A stretch of 64,000 nucleotides of DNA from a bacterium (lineage in GTDB: Bacteria > Bdellovibrionota_C > UBA2361 > CALJRW01). This document shows positions 8,678 through 22,260 of the stretch, in pieces (positions within the stretch are counted from its first letter, which is position 1; each line of letters opens with the position of its first letter). The DNA lies in contig JANNBC010000009.1 in NCBI GenBank assembly GCA_031385045.1, positions 38,427 through 102,426 on the forward strand. The letters are read 5' to 3'. The notes under the pieces were generated by a model. It was not told the origin of the DNA. It saw only the letters and a program-made list of their open reading frames with translations, and made no database searches. A program made the translations under genes and the position numbers.

Positions 8678-9862
8678 ATGAAAAATATTTATGACGTAAT
8701 TGTAGTTGGCCTTGGGGCAGTAGGAAGTTTCACAATATTTCAACTCTCAAAAAGCAACAAGAAAATCTTAGGATTAGATCAATACTCACCTCCACATACT
8801 TTAGGCTCTAGCCATGGAGAAACGCGGATCACAAGACAAGCTATTGGCGAAGGCGCAAGTTATATTCCAATAGTCCTCAGATCAAATGAAATCTGGGCAG
8901 AACTAGAAAAATTAGCTGGGGCAAATTTGTATAAACCTTGTGGTGGATTAATCTACGGTTCCCTAGATAGTAAAGTTATCAATCATGGTTGTTCCGATTT
9001 TATGAACAATACAATTTCACTTGCAAAGGAATTTAACATTGAACATAAGCTTTTTAATTCCAGAGAACTGAAAGATAATTTCCCTCAATTTGAGTTTTCC
9101 CCTGAAGAAATAGGCTATTATGAACCAAAAGCTGGATATTTGATCCCAGAAAAGTGTATCCAAATTCAGCTCGAACTTGCAAAACAAAATGGCAGTGTCA
9201 TCTTACCAAATACGCCTATTAAATCATTTGAAACGAAAAATGGTTTAGTAATATTAGAAACCGATAATGAAGAGTTTTATGCCGAGCAAGTAATTATCTG
9301 TTCGGGAAATTGGATGTCTTCCTTGCTTAAAATGCAAACAGCTAATATTTTTCAAGTTACTCGGCAAATCCTCTATTGGTTTGAAGGTAAATTACCAATA
9401 AATAATTACTACGAAGATAAAATGCCAATTTTTATCAAGATTGGTAACCAATTAGAAGATTCTTTTTATGGATTTCCCGCTGTTCAAGGGATGACACCAG
9501 GAATAAAATTGGCAACAGAGCAAAGTATATCTTCAAAAACCCCAGAAGAAGTTGATCTAGTCGTGTCGGCAGATGAGATCAATAAATTCTATGAATCATT
9601 TAACAAATCTATTAAAATTAAGAATAATTGTATTAAATCACATGTCTGTTGTTATACAACGACTCCAGACTCTGGGTTTGTGATCGATTACCTTCCAAAT
9701 CAACCGCAAGTTCTAATAGCTTCTTGCTGTTCGGGGCATGGATTTAAACATTCAGCAGCAATCGGAGAGATTCTTGCGGAAATTTCTCTTTTAGGAAAAA
9801 GTAAAATTTCTATAAAGGACTTTAGCTTAAGCAGATTTAACAATTTTACGAATAGCAATTAA
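8678..9862 (+). CDS. solA: Monomeric sarcosine / N-methyltryptophan oxidase family flavoprotein
   Basis: GLGAVG FAD motif, GSSHGETRITR, CSGHGFK. Confidence 0.85.
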   Translation: MKNIYDVIVVGLGAVGSFTIFQLSKSNKKILGLDQYSPPHTLGSSHGETRITRQAIGEGASYIPIVLRSNEIWAELEKLAGANLYKPCGGLIYGSLDSKVINHGCSDFMNNTISLAKEFNIEHKLFNSRELKDNFPQFEFSPEEIGYYEPKAGYLIPEKCIQIQLELAKQNGSVILPNTPIKSFETKNGLVILETDNEEFYAEQVIICSGNWMSSLLKMQTANIFQVTRQILYWFEGKLPINNYYEDKMPIFIKIGNQLEDSFYGFPAVQGMTPGIKLATEQSISSKTPEEVDLVVSADEINKFYESFNKSIKIKNNCIKSHVCCYTTTPDSGFVIDYLPNQPQVLIASCCSGHGFKHSAAIGEILAEISLLGKSKISIKDFSLSRFNNFTNSN

Positions 9863-9872
9863 AAAAGTAATT

Positions 9873-10910
9873 CTATAAGCGACGTAACCCATCTTCTTTC
9901 ATTGGATTAGGAATCTCTTCGTCTAGCTGATTAATTTTGCGAAGCATTGATTTATCAATTTCTAAGTTGGCACCTTGCATGCTCTCGGCTAATTGGCTGA
10001 TGCTATTAGCACCAACAATCGTAGAAGCCACAAAATCATGCTGCTTGCTCCAAGCAAGTGCCAAGGCTGAAACTGGTACATTAATCTCCTTAGCCAGCTC
10101 CATGATTCTAATTGTGGTAGCAATAGTTCGGTCATTTACAAAACGCCTAGCCATTTTCTGTTGGCGCTTAGCACCTTCTTTTAAGTAATGAGTGAATCTA
10201 GCTCCTTCCGGAAAAGATTCGTTATACTTACCAGTTAAAACTCCACCACCTAGCGGTGAGTAAGGTAGTAGGCTAACTCCTTCATTGCGGCAGACCTGAG
10301 CTAGCTCGCTTTCGGCACGGCGATTAATTAAGCTAAAATTATTCTGAACTGTATCAAAACGAATTAATTTATGATTCTCTGATGCTTGTAAACTTTTCAT
10401 CACCCCCCAAGAGGTTTCATTACTACATCCAGCAACACGAATTTTACCAGTTTTTTTCAGTTGATCTAAAGCACCTAAAGTTTCCTCATAGGGAATTCCA
10501 TGATCGGGCCAATGGGTTTGATAAAGATCTAGGTAATCAGTATTTAAACGACGAAGGCTTCCCTCGACTGCTTTAATAATTTGGTGTTGATCTAAGGTAG
10601 TCTTGCCATTTCTAATTGGTGGAGTAAACCAACCATGAGCTGGGCCGGCAATCTTAGAAGCAATAATTACACTATCTCGAGGTTTAGTTTTAAGCCATTC
10701 GCCAATAATTTCTTCGGATCTTCCAGCATAATCAAACTGTGGTGGCACGGGATAAAGTTCTGCCGTATCAAAAAAATCGATTCCTTGATCATAAGCATAA
10801 TCCATAATTGCCAGAGATTCTTTTAGATCACAACGAGTTCCAAAAGTCATTGTTCCTAAACAAACCGAGGAAACTACTAAACCACTACGACCAAGTCGGC
10901 GACGTTCCAT
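9873..10910 (-). CDS. Aldo/keto reductase (Tas-like)
   Basis: CLGTMTFG, DTAELYPVP, DLYQTHWP, YSPLGGG. Confidence 0.92.
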   Translation of the reverse strand: MERRRLGRSGLVVSSVCLGTMTFGTRCDLKESLAIMDYAYDQGIDFFDTAELYPVPPQFDYAGRSEEIIGEWLKTKPRDSVIIASKIAGPAHGWFTPPIRNGKTTLDQHQIIKAVEGSLRRLNTDYLDLYQTHWPDHGIPYEETLGALDQLKKTGKIRVAGCSNETSWGVMKSLQASENHKLIRFDTVQNNFSLINRRAESELAQVCRNEGVSLLPYSPLGGGVLTGKYNESFPEGARFTHYLKEGAKRQQKMARRFVNDRTIATTIRIMELAKEINVPVSALALAWSKQHDFVASTIVGANSISQLAESMQGANLEIDKSMLRKINQLDEEIPNPMKEDGLRRL

Positions 10911-10915
10911 AATAT

Positions 10916-11953
10916 TTACTTGATAATAAACTTTGCGGCTTCTAACAAATCCATAGAGATGTAATCAGCTTGTACTTCATATAGATTGTCACTGCCAGCA
11001 TTACCAGTCTGAACTAAAATAGTTTTGCAGCCAGCATCTCTTCCCATTTTAATATCTCCACTGGAATCACCTATGACAACAGAATTTTTTAGATCCAGAT
11101 TAAGTTCTTTTTCGGCACGTCGGATTAAACCTAAATTTGGCTTCCGACAGTCCGTACCAGCAGCTTTGGTGTATGGAGAAAAATATATTTTATCTACTAA
11201 GATACCCTCTGCACTTAATAATTTTAGCATCTTTTTATTAACTTTGAATAAGTCTTCAAATTGGAAATATCCAAAATCTACCCCTGGCTGATTTGTAATA
11301 ATCACCACTCGATATCCCGCATCTTGAAAAGCTTTAATCCCAGCAATTGCATTTGCTAACAAAACAAATTTATCTGGTTCAAATAAATACTCAACATGCT
11401 CATTAATGGTGCCATCACGATCTAAAATTACGGCCTTAGAAAGTGGCAACTTATCTTTTGGAGTATAGGCCTGAAGACCTGCAGAATATTTCTCTAAAAT
11501 AGAATTAATAATTTCAGAACTTGAGCTTGATTCCACAAGATCAATTAACTTCACTTGCCCACCATAACTTTCCACTATTGGGGCAGAGCTTAAAGTTTTC
11601 TTACTGTAATCTGCCGCCTTAATATAAAAGTCCGGCTTTAGCTGAGAAATATTTTCATTGTTATTTAATTCATCAAAAATAAAAACATAATCTACAGACT
11701 CTAGTCCAGCAACAACTTTGGCTCGTGACTCAGCTGGAACAATCGGCCGCAGTTCACTTTTATAAGCTTTAATTGAGGCATCGGAGTTAACTCCCACAAC
11801 TAAGCACTGACAAAGCTCCTTAGCTTTATTTAAATAATCAACATGCCCTGGGTGAATTAAATCAAAACTTCCAGAGGTAAAGCCAACTTGACTCGGACGA
11901 TTAGTTTTAAAAAGTTCTAGCAATCCTTCACGTGTAATAATTTTATTTCTCAT
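10916..11953 (-). CDS. Fused heptose-1-phosphate adenylyltransferase-like (HldC/RfaE domain II) and heptose-bisphosphate phosphatase-like (GmhB) protein
   Basis: N-half GSFDLIHPGH...GVNSDAS; C-half LDRDGTIN, TNQ, CRKP, IGD HAD motifs. Confidence 0.85.
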   Translation of the reverse strand: MRNKIITREGLLELFKTNRPSQVGFTSGSFDLIHPGHVDYLNKAKELCQCLVVGVNSDASIKAYKSELRPIVPAESRAKVVAGLESVDYVFIFDELNNNENISQLKPDFYIKAADYSKKTLSSAPIVESYGGQVKLIDLVESSSSSEIINSILEKYSAGLQAYTPKDKLPLSKAVILDRDGTINEHVEYLFEPDKFVLLANAIAGIKAFQDAGYRVVIITNQPGVDFGYFQFEDLFKVNKKMLKLLSAEGILVDKIYFSPYTKAAGTDCRKPNLGLIRRAEKELNLDLKNSVVIGDSSGDIKMGRDAGCKTILVQTGNAGSDNLYEVQADYISMDLLEAAKFIIK

Positions 11954-12291
11954 TTCTCTAGTCCTTTCTGAGCAATTTCATATAAGAGCGTATAAGGATA
12001 AATGCCACTGTCATGCCCATCTGCCCAACGAATCCCAATTGCATAATTACCAACTCCCCAAATTTCTTGGAGAGATGTCTGTTCATCTGCTGTATGCATA
12101 ATTACCTTCAAACTACTTTTCTTAGGAGTGAGCGGTGTATCATGAGACAAATCTCCTCTTTCTAATTTACTATCTGCCGAGGGACAGTTTTGCCTAAGTA
12201 ACTGACTAGATAGTTGGTGCACTTCACCATTTTGCCAGGTTATTTCTAATCCTTCCGTTCCTAATCTTTTAATTTTACTGGGAGTAATCAT
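11950..12291 (-). CDS. DUF971 / gamma-butyrobetaine hydroxylase N-terminal-like protein
   Basis: LRQNCPSA and VGNYAIGIRWADGHDSGIY. Confidence 0.85.
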   Translation of the reverse strand: MITPSKIKRLGTEGLEITWQNGEVHQLSSQLLRQNCPSADSKLERGDLSHDTPLTPKKSSLKVIMHTADEQTSLQEIWGVGNYAIGIRWADGHDSGIYPYTLLYEIAQKGLEK

Positions 12292-12296
12292 AACGA

Positions 12297-13772
12297 CTAT
12301 TCTTGATAAGCTTCAATTAAAGCAGGCATTTCTGCTAATCGTTGCAGTGTTTTTTCCTTACCAAGGGCTAAAATTGATTCGGAAAGTGGCGGAGTTGCTT
12401 TCTTTCCTGTTACCGCAATTCGCACTACTGGAAAAACTTGTCCAGTTTTCAATCCTGATTCAGCAACAACTTCTTCCAATGCTTTGTGAATAGAATCGAC
12501 AGTAAAAACTGCCACGCTGGAAAACTTCTGAGCAACAACTTCTACAACCTGCTTAGCAATCTCTTTGTTAACATTCTTGTTAAAGATGGCATTCATTTCG
12601 CGAGGCAGATCATTAAGACAAAGAAACTCAATGTTTTCTATGATTTCTGGCAATGTCTTAATTCGCTCTTGAACATGGGGAGCAATAATTTCCCAAGATT
12701 TGGCAGGACAACTTGTAATATATTTATTTGCTAACTCCGTAAATTTTTCGGAACTTAAGGAACGTAGGTAGACACCATTCATCCATTGTAATTTTGCTGG
12801 ATCAAAAACACCGCCAGAAGAGTTTAGACCATCTAAACTAAATTTTTGAATCAGTTCGTCCCTTGTAAAGACTTCCTGTTCATCACCAGAACCAACAGAC
12901 CAACCGATTAAAGAAACATAATTTAACAAAGCTTCCGGTAAAATACCTTGTTCTTCATATTGAGTTAAGGCATCGGCACCATGTCGTTTAGAAAGTTTCT
13001 TTCCGTCTGGACCTAAGATATGAGATAAGTGAACAAACACAGGTTTTTCCCAGCCAAAAGCTTCATAAAGCAAAATATGAATTGGCGTTGTTGGTAACCA
13101 TTCCTCTCCACGAAGGACATGAGTTATTCCCATATAATGATCGTCAACAACTGAAGCTAAATGATAAGTTGGGAAACCATCGCTCTTTAAAATCACCGGA
13201 TCACGCAGCGGTGGATTGTCCCAGGTGATTACCCCACGAACAGCATCGTTCATAGAAAGTTTAATTTGATCTGGCAAGCGAAAGCGAACAACTGTCTTGG
13301 CACCTGCGGGTAAATTCCTTGTACGACAATATCCACTATAACCGGGACGTTCGCGACGAGCCATTTGCTCTAAACGTTCAATCTCTAATCGTTCCGAAGA
13401 ACAATCACAACGGTATGCCTTACCCTCAGAGATTAATCGCTCTACTTCTTTTTGATACAAAGAAAGTCGCTCACTTTGAATATAAGGACCGACCTTGCCC
13501 GCTTCCACTGGAGCAAATTCAGAAAATTCATTAATTGCTTTTAAATCAGCCTGATTTGGCCCTTCATCATAATCTATTCCTAACCAATGTAAGGAATCAA
13601 CTAAGTATTTAATAGCTCCAGGAACTAATCTTTCCCGGTCAGTATCTTCAATTCGAAGTAGAAATTGACCACCATTTTGCTTAGCTAAAAGCCAAGCGTA
13701 CATCGCGGTTCGAAAACCACCAATATGTTGAAATCCTGTCGGGCTGGGAGCGAAACGAGTTCTAACTGTCAT
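12297..13772 (-). CDS. gltX: Glutamate--tRNA ligase
   Basis: RFAPSPTG, HIGG, RIEDTD, KLSKR. Confidence 0.98.
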   Translation of the reverse strand: MTVRTRFAPSPTGFQHIGGFRTAMYAWLLAKQNGGQFLLRIEDTDRERLVPGAIKYLVDSLHWLGIDYDEGPNQADLKAINEFSEFAPVEAGKVGPYIQSERLSLYQKEVERLISEGKAYRCDCSSERLEIERLEQMARRERPGYSGYCRTRNLPAGAKTVVRFRLPDQIKLSMNDAVRGVITWDNPPLRDPVILKSDGFPTYHLASVVDDHYMGITHVLRGEEWLPTTPIHILLYEAFGWEKPVFVHLSHILGPDGKKLSKRHGADALTQYEEQGILPEALLNYVSLIGWSVGSGDEQEVFTRDELIQKFSLDGLNSSGGVFDPAKLQWMNGVYLRSLSSEKFTELANKYITSCPAKSWEIIAPHVQERIKTLPEIIENIEFLCLNDLPREMNAIFNKNVNKEIAKQVVEVVAQKFSSVAVFTVDSIHKALEEVVAESGLKTGQVFPVVRIAVTGKKATPPLSESILALGKEKTLQRLAEMPALIEAYQE

Positions 13773-13956
13773 AATCTAAATATAATTTAATCAGCTAGAA
13801 TTATGCCCTTAAAATTCATTTACTGCAATCAATTCAAGTTATTGAAATAAATTCAAACAGCACCCGGCACTCAGCTAGTTAATTATAGATTTCAAATGCT
13901 ATATTTTTAAGATTTTTTATAGAATATGGACTACCACAGCTTAAGATACTTGCTAA

Positions 13957-14361
13957 TTATGATTTAGCTTGAACTTCCTTACCAACTAAAGATAAAATTG
14001 ATGCTATTCCAATAGTTATTAAGAGCGCTGGGGCCGCCTCGATTTTCGCTAAAGCTTCTGGAAATTTCAACATTAGTCCCGTTGCAATGAAATGACCGGC
14101 GCAGATATTAAAAGATCGAGGCCCAACCTCCGGACTTCTTACTTGGAGAAATTGAGCGATGCCTAGTACAACTACAGCATTTGCAAAGCTTTGCTCGGGG
14201 GAAATCCCTAGTTGACTATAATCTTTACCCATATATTTGATGGCAACAAGACTGATTCCAGCCCCTGAAATTACATCATTCGCTAGACAAACCAGATCAT
14301 GCACCATCGACTTTGGCTTTGAGGTATGAATTAGTTGATTATAAATAATACCTTTAGACAT
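13957..14361 (-). CDS. Hypothetical membrane protein
   Basis: 134-aa ORF with several hydrophobic segments; no recognised motif. Confidence 0.55.
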   Translation of the reverse strand: MSKGIIYNQLIHTSKPKSMVHDLVCLANDVISGAGISLVAIKYMGKDYSQLGISPEQSFANAVVVLGIAQFLQVRSPEVGPRSFNICAGHFIATGLMLKFPEALAKIEAAPALLITIGIASILSLVGKEVQAKS

Positions 14362-14666
14362 AATTTTTAATTATATTTATTGTTAATACCAAACGATCCT
14401 TATCCTTTACTTAGCTTAGGCTAAACTAGTTATAATCTGTTTTAAATCTATGTGACATTTTAAAAGTAGCCCTTAAGTAAGTCTTCTTAGGCCTTTGATC
14501 TATTTCAGTCTTTTGCTTTAAAACTCTAATCTCCCCGACTCCGTTCGTAGTGTATATAAAATGACACATCCTTAAAAAATTGTTAATAACACCTCTGCTG
14601 CTTGCAAGCCTTGGCTTTTAAAGTGCCCTATTTGTTTCAGTAATATTAGCTCATTGAATTAATCGC

Positions 14667-16604
14667 ATGTCGTTATCGCCAATTATAGAAATTCCTACCC
14701 CAGCAATAATCCTTGCTGATATGCAACTTAATGGAGCTCCGCCTGAGGCTGGACGGCCCAAGGCTGCCCTAAAAGCAATTGAATTAATAGTCTCGGGAGC
14801 TAAGGAATATCTTCAGCAATTAGAACCTCAAGTCCAAAGAGATTTATTAATGATTGTGGACAAGGTTAGTAAACGAGTTTTATTAAAGAAAAATCTACAG
14901 GCCTTGATCAAAGATAATTTTGACGTTACTCAAAAAACAATTGAACCCAAAGTTCATTCTAAATTATTAGAATTTGGTGCTGAACTTGCTAAGATAATTG
15001 AAAACCGTGCTCCTAAATTACTAGAATTAGGATTTAAACCGGAGCAAATAGGCAATGCTTTGGTCAAGATGAATTTCGATCAAATTGAGCAATGTTTTGT
15101 GAATCAACATTTTTTAGTTGCTGGAAAGATAGAGGCTAGTCGAGTTGATTCAATTTTAAATGCCCGTGATGCACTAGAACTTTATCAACGCTTTGCAAAG
15201 ACTTATCAGCAACCGGAGCTTGGACCTTTAGCTGTGCATCAAAGAATTGTATTAGTGCGAAGTTCCGAACTGGCAAATGAGAGGATCGCTGTAGCTAAGG
15301 ATATTTTATCAGCTGGATTTGAATCCAGCATAGCTTTAGACTATGCCTTAGCAAATCAGGAAGAGCGAGCTTGGTTTAATCGAAAAATCCAAGAACCGAT
15401 ATTTTTCACTAGCCCCTCAGCTCTAATCCGGTTAGCAAAAACAGAGCCGGAGCAAAGAGAGAAAGACTTACAGAAAATAGTTAATTTTATCTTGCACGGG
15501 GCGACGGCTACTGATGCAATTGGAATAGTTCTACGAAAAGATCTTAAAGAGAATAGTGAAAGAGCGCTAATGGTCTTTGAGATTGCCCTTGATGCGGGAC
15601 TAAACTCCACCGCAGCTCTTGATTTTGCATTATCAAAAAAAGGACAACAATCACCCAACTCCCGCGTCGGTTCAATCAATACGCTAAAAGCATTGCCGCT
15701 TGGATTCTCTGATGAACATATTGTAGCTCTGGTAACGGGAGGACAAAAAAGATACCAACCCAATTCAGTCAAAGACAATTCAACTAAAACCGAAGCAGAA
15801 AAATTCAAAGATCATTTAACAAAAATGGTTTTAAATAAATTTATGATTGATCGCAAAGATCCCGAAGCTTATCAAACAAGAAGGCTATTTGCCAAGCTTG
15901 ACGTTGTGGAGATGATTGATTTATACAAAGTTTTTTTTAATTCTCAAGAGTTACCAGACTTAATTAAAAAAGCTCATCATCAAAATGGACTTTATTCATA
16001 TATTGATGATCTACTGATCAATCAAGCGGCATTAGATCAACAAAATTTCCAAAAACTATGTCGACAATATAAACAGCTAATCAATCAACCGGAACAATTT
16101 ACCTCAAAAAAATTCTCTCCTGAATTTCAAGAATTAAATCAGGCCTTAAGTGACTTTCTAATTAGTATTGATCCAGATATCCGTTATCGAGCTAAGCTAA
16201 CTTTTAATACTTGGCTAGTCGCTGTTGTTAAAAAATATTACACCAAAGCATTAGATCTTAGCCCTGAAGTTGTAGAAAGTATTATTGACTGGACGATCAA
16301 TCATTACGATCCAATAAAGCAACAATTAAATGGGAAAAAACCAGTTAATATTCTAAAATCATTTGGCGCAGCAATGCAACATTTCTATCATCATTTAATT
16401 GAACATAAACTGAGTGAAAACCCGAAAGCACTTAGAGCATATGTTGTCTTTAGTAGGGCTAAGACCAAGGAAAAGACTAGCGAAGAGCCGATAGCGGATC
16501 AAAAGATTTGGGAAACACTCAGAAAGCAACAACCTGGCAATGAAGTGGCAATTAATTTCGCAGAGGCTATTTATAATGAAGTCAAGGCACTCTACAAGAA
16601 ATAG
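14667..16604 (+). CDS. Hypothetical helical protein (645 aa)
   Basis: Long ORF with no recognised family; degenerate helical repeats. Confidence 0.75.
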   Translation: MSLSPIIEIPTPAIILADMQLNGAPPEAGRPKAALKAIELIVSGAKEYLQQLEPQVQRDLLMIVDKVSKRVLLKKNLQALIKDNFDVTQKTIEPKVHSKLLEFGAELAKIIENRAPKLLELGFKPEQIGNALVKMNFDQIEQCFVNQHFLVAGKIEASRVDSILNARDALELYQRFAKTYQQPELGPLAVHQRIVLVRSSELANERIAVAKDILSAGFESSIALDYALANQEERAWFNRKIQEPIFFTSPSALIRLAKTEPEQREKDLQKIVNFILHGATATDAIGIVLRKDLKENSERALMVFEIALDAGLNSTAALDFALSKKGQQSPNSRVGSINTLKALPLGFSDEHIVALVTGGQKRYQPNSVKDNSTKTEAEKFKDHLTKMVLNKFMIDRKDPEAYQTRRLFAKLDVVEMIDLYKVFFNSQELPDLIKKAHHQNGLYSYIDDLLINQAALDQQNFQKLCRQYKQLINQPEQFTSKKFSPEFQELNQALSDFLISIDPDIRYRAKLTFNTWLVAVVKKYYTKALDLSPEVVESIIDWTINHYDPIKQQLNGKKPVNILKSFGAAMQHFYHHLIEHKLSENPKALRAYVVFSRAKTKEKTSEEPIADQKIWETLRKQQPGNEVAINFAEAIYNEVKALYKK

Positions 16605-16642
16605 CATTTATAGTAAGTCCAAAAAGTAATTTCCGTTAAGAA

Positions 16643-19863
<3,221 letters not shown>

Positions 19864-20021
19864 CGGAGAATGTTATATCAAGCAAGGACTGTTTTTACCA
19901 GTCGTGCATTATTTTACTTAGTGCTTTTAATCACTTAAGAAAAGAAACTGAATATTAAAGGAATGCATCTTATCATTCTAACTACTTATATGCATTAATG
20001 ATTGCTTAAAAGATCTTTTTA

Positions 20022-21707
20022 TTGGTAAAGGAGACTCCAATTTCAACCTCAATTGAACCACAATCAAAATCTGAAAATCAGTTAATTGGCAAAGTAATTC
20101 GTGTCTCTGCTGATAATGTTGGAATTCAACATAATTTAAATTTTGGTGAACAACTAAATCCTACGGATCATAATTTAAAGATTGGAACTTTTATCATAAT
20201 TCCTGGAACTGATTATATTTCACTAGGACAAATTACAGAGCTAAAAACAATTAGCTCGGAAGAATCTAAAATTCAAACAGAGGTGATTGTCCAATTACTC
20301 CTTAGTATTCAATTAAAGACGGCCAAAGTAATCCACGGAATTATCGAACAACCGCAGATTGGAGCAAATGCGATAGTTGCTACTGCAGAAATTCTTAAAT
20401 TAATTACTAACCCTGCGGCTAGTGCCTCGATTAAGGAAAGTCCCGTAAGCTTTTTAATTGCAAACTTACAAAATGCCATTAATGTACCAGTTGCCATCTC
20501 CCCAGAAACTTTATTTGGTCGCCACTGCGCAATCATTGGTACAACAGGTGCTGGGAAAAGCTGGACTATTGCTAGAATCTTAGAAGAAGCCGCTCGTTAT
20601 AATTCAAAAATCATTCTTTTTGATGCCACAGGCGAATATCAAGATATTTCTACAAAGGTAAGACATGTTTACTTAGGAAACGATCCCGAGCCTGCGCTTA
20701 ATTCTCAGGAGGTTGTCCTACCCTTTTACAACCTAACAGAAAACGATCTTTTTGCTATTTTTCAACCAAATGGAGAAAGCCAAGCGCCGAAACTGCGCGC
20801 TGCAATTAAAAGCCTAAAACTTGCTAATTTAAAGCCAGAAATTGCAATTTCTGGTAAAATTATTAAAGCCAATCGATCAAAACTAGCCTATGAAAATGCT
20901 TATCAACAATTTGCAGAAGAACTAGAAAAAAATGGTATTTACTTTGAGATTGATTCTCTTGCTAGACAAATTGAAAATGAATGTGTCATTCCAGTACAAA
21001 GCTCTGTAGAAAGTAACTCCTGGGGAGCAATTGATCCAACTGACCGTTCTGCCTGTGTTTCATTAGTCTCTCGGATGGAAGAGATGCTTCGCTCCGATAC
21101 ACTAGCACCAATCTTTCGACCCCAAGGTAAAAAATCACTGCTTACTGAGATTGAGGAATTTCTAAAAGATGATTCTAGTGCCATCCTCAGAATTTCTTTG
21201 CAATATTTATCTTATGATCATCATGCTAGAGAATTAATTACAAATGCTGCTGGTCGCTACCTTTTAAATTTAGCTCGTAAGAATTATTTTAAACAACAAC
21301 CAACTCTTATCTTACTAGATGAAGCTCATCAATTTTTAAATTTAGAAATTAATAACGAAGATCTTAATTATGCCTTGGATTCTTTTGCGATCTTAGCAAA
21401 AGAAGGTCGTAAATATGGAGTAAACCTTTGTATTGCTACACAACGACCAAGAGATATTCCCGAAGGAGTCATCAGTCAGATGGGAACTTTGATTGTGCAT
21501 CGTTTAATTAATGATTACGATCGCAGTCTGGTGGAACGAGCCTGTGGACAATTAGATCACCGCACAGTTCAAATGCTACCAAATCTTACAGCGGGTGAAG
21601 CAATTTTAGTTGGCGCAGAATTCCCTATCCCATTAATGATTAAAGTTATTCCTGCCAGATGCAAACCAAATTCAGCTGGGCCGGATTATCAAAACTATTG
21701 GAAATGA
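20022..21707 (+). CDS. HerA/FtsK-superfamily ATPase (DUF87); start codon uncertain
   Basis: N-terminal beta-barrel-like region; RHCAIIGTTGAGKS Walker A, LLDEAH Walker B, KEGRKYG, ATQRP. Confidence 0.9.
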   Translation: MVKETPISTSIEPQSKSENQLIGKVIRVSADNVGIQHNLNFGEQLNPTDHNLKIGTFIIIPGTDYISLGQITELKTISSEESKIQTEVIVQLLLSIQLKTAKVIHGIIEQPQIGANAIVATAEILKLITNPAASASIKESPVSFLIANLQNAINVPVAISPETLFGRHCAIIGTTGAGKSWTIARILEEAARYNSKIILFDATGEYQDISTKVRHVYLGNDPEPALNSQEVVLPFYNLTENDLFAIFQPNGESQAPKLRAAIKSLKLANLKPEIAISGKIIKANRSKLAYENAYQQFAEELEKNGIYFEIDSLARQIENECVIPVQSSVESNSWGAIDPTDRSACVSLVSRMEEMLRSDTLAPIFRPQGKKSLLTEIEEFLKDDSSAILRISLQYLSYDHHARELITNAAGRYLLNLARKNYFKQQPTLILLDEAHQFLNLEINNEDLNYALDSFAILAKEGRKYGVNLCIATQRPRDIPEGVISQMGTLIVHRLINDYDRSLVERACGQLDHRTVQMLPNLTAGEAILVGAEFPIPLMIKVIPARCKPNSAGPDYQNYWK

Positions 21708-21937
21708 CAATTGTTTTGTTTTTCTGAACCTTCTGCCTAATCTTTGTTGATTAGTAAAAACAGCAGGAGACTCTCACAAAATGCATTTATTCTATAAGAA
21801 TTACTAACTAATATCTACTGTTGATCAAGTTAAAAATTACCAACATTTTAAAAATTACTTAATATAAATTACAGAAGCTTATACATTAATGACAAATCAC
21901 CATTGTTCGAATTTAAGACAAGCTAAGAAAATAATAT

Positions 21938-22201
21938 TTAGTTTTTAGAAATCGCCATGCAGATTAACAAGATGATAGATCTACTTGCAAGCAATAATCC
22001 TAATAAAATAATTGGTATCCAAAAATATCCTACATTTGAATTAATTAAATAACTACAATTCTGAGGAGCAATAGATTCGAAATCTACGCCATACTCCCGA
22101 GCACATTCATGGAGTAGAATAATTGGTGTGTATGCTTCCGCAACAAAAGCATACAGAATCAGGCCTGTTCCGATAATTACTTGTATCAGATTTTTCTTCA
22201 T
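21938..22201 (-). CDS. Small hypothetical membrane protein
   Basis: Two hydrophobic segments flanking a Cys pair. Confidence 0.5.
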   Translation of the reverse strand: MKKNLIQVIIGTGLILYAFVAEAYTPIILLHECAREYGVDFESIAPQNCSYLINSNVGYFWIPIILLGLLLASRSIILLICMAISKN

Positions 22202-22260
22202 AAAGACTCATCCAGGAGAAACTTGGTAACTAGACTTTAAATGACAACTTTTAAATGCAG

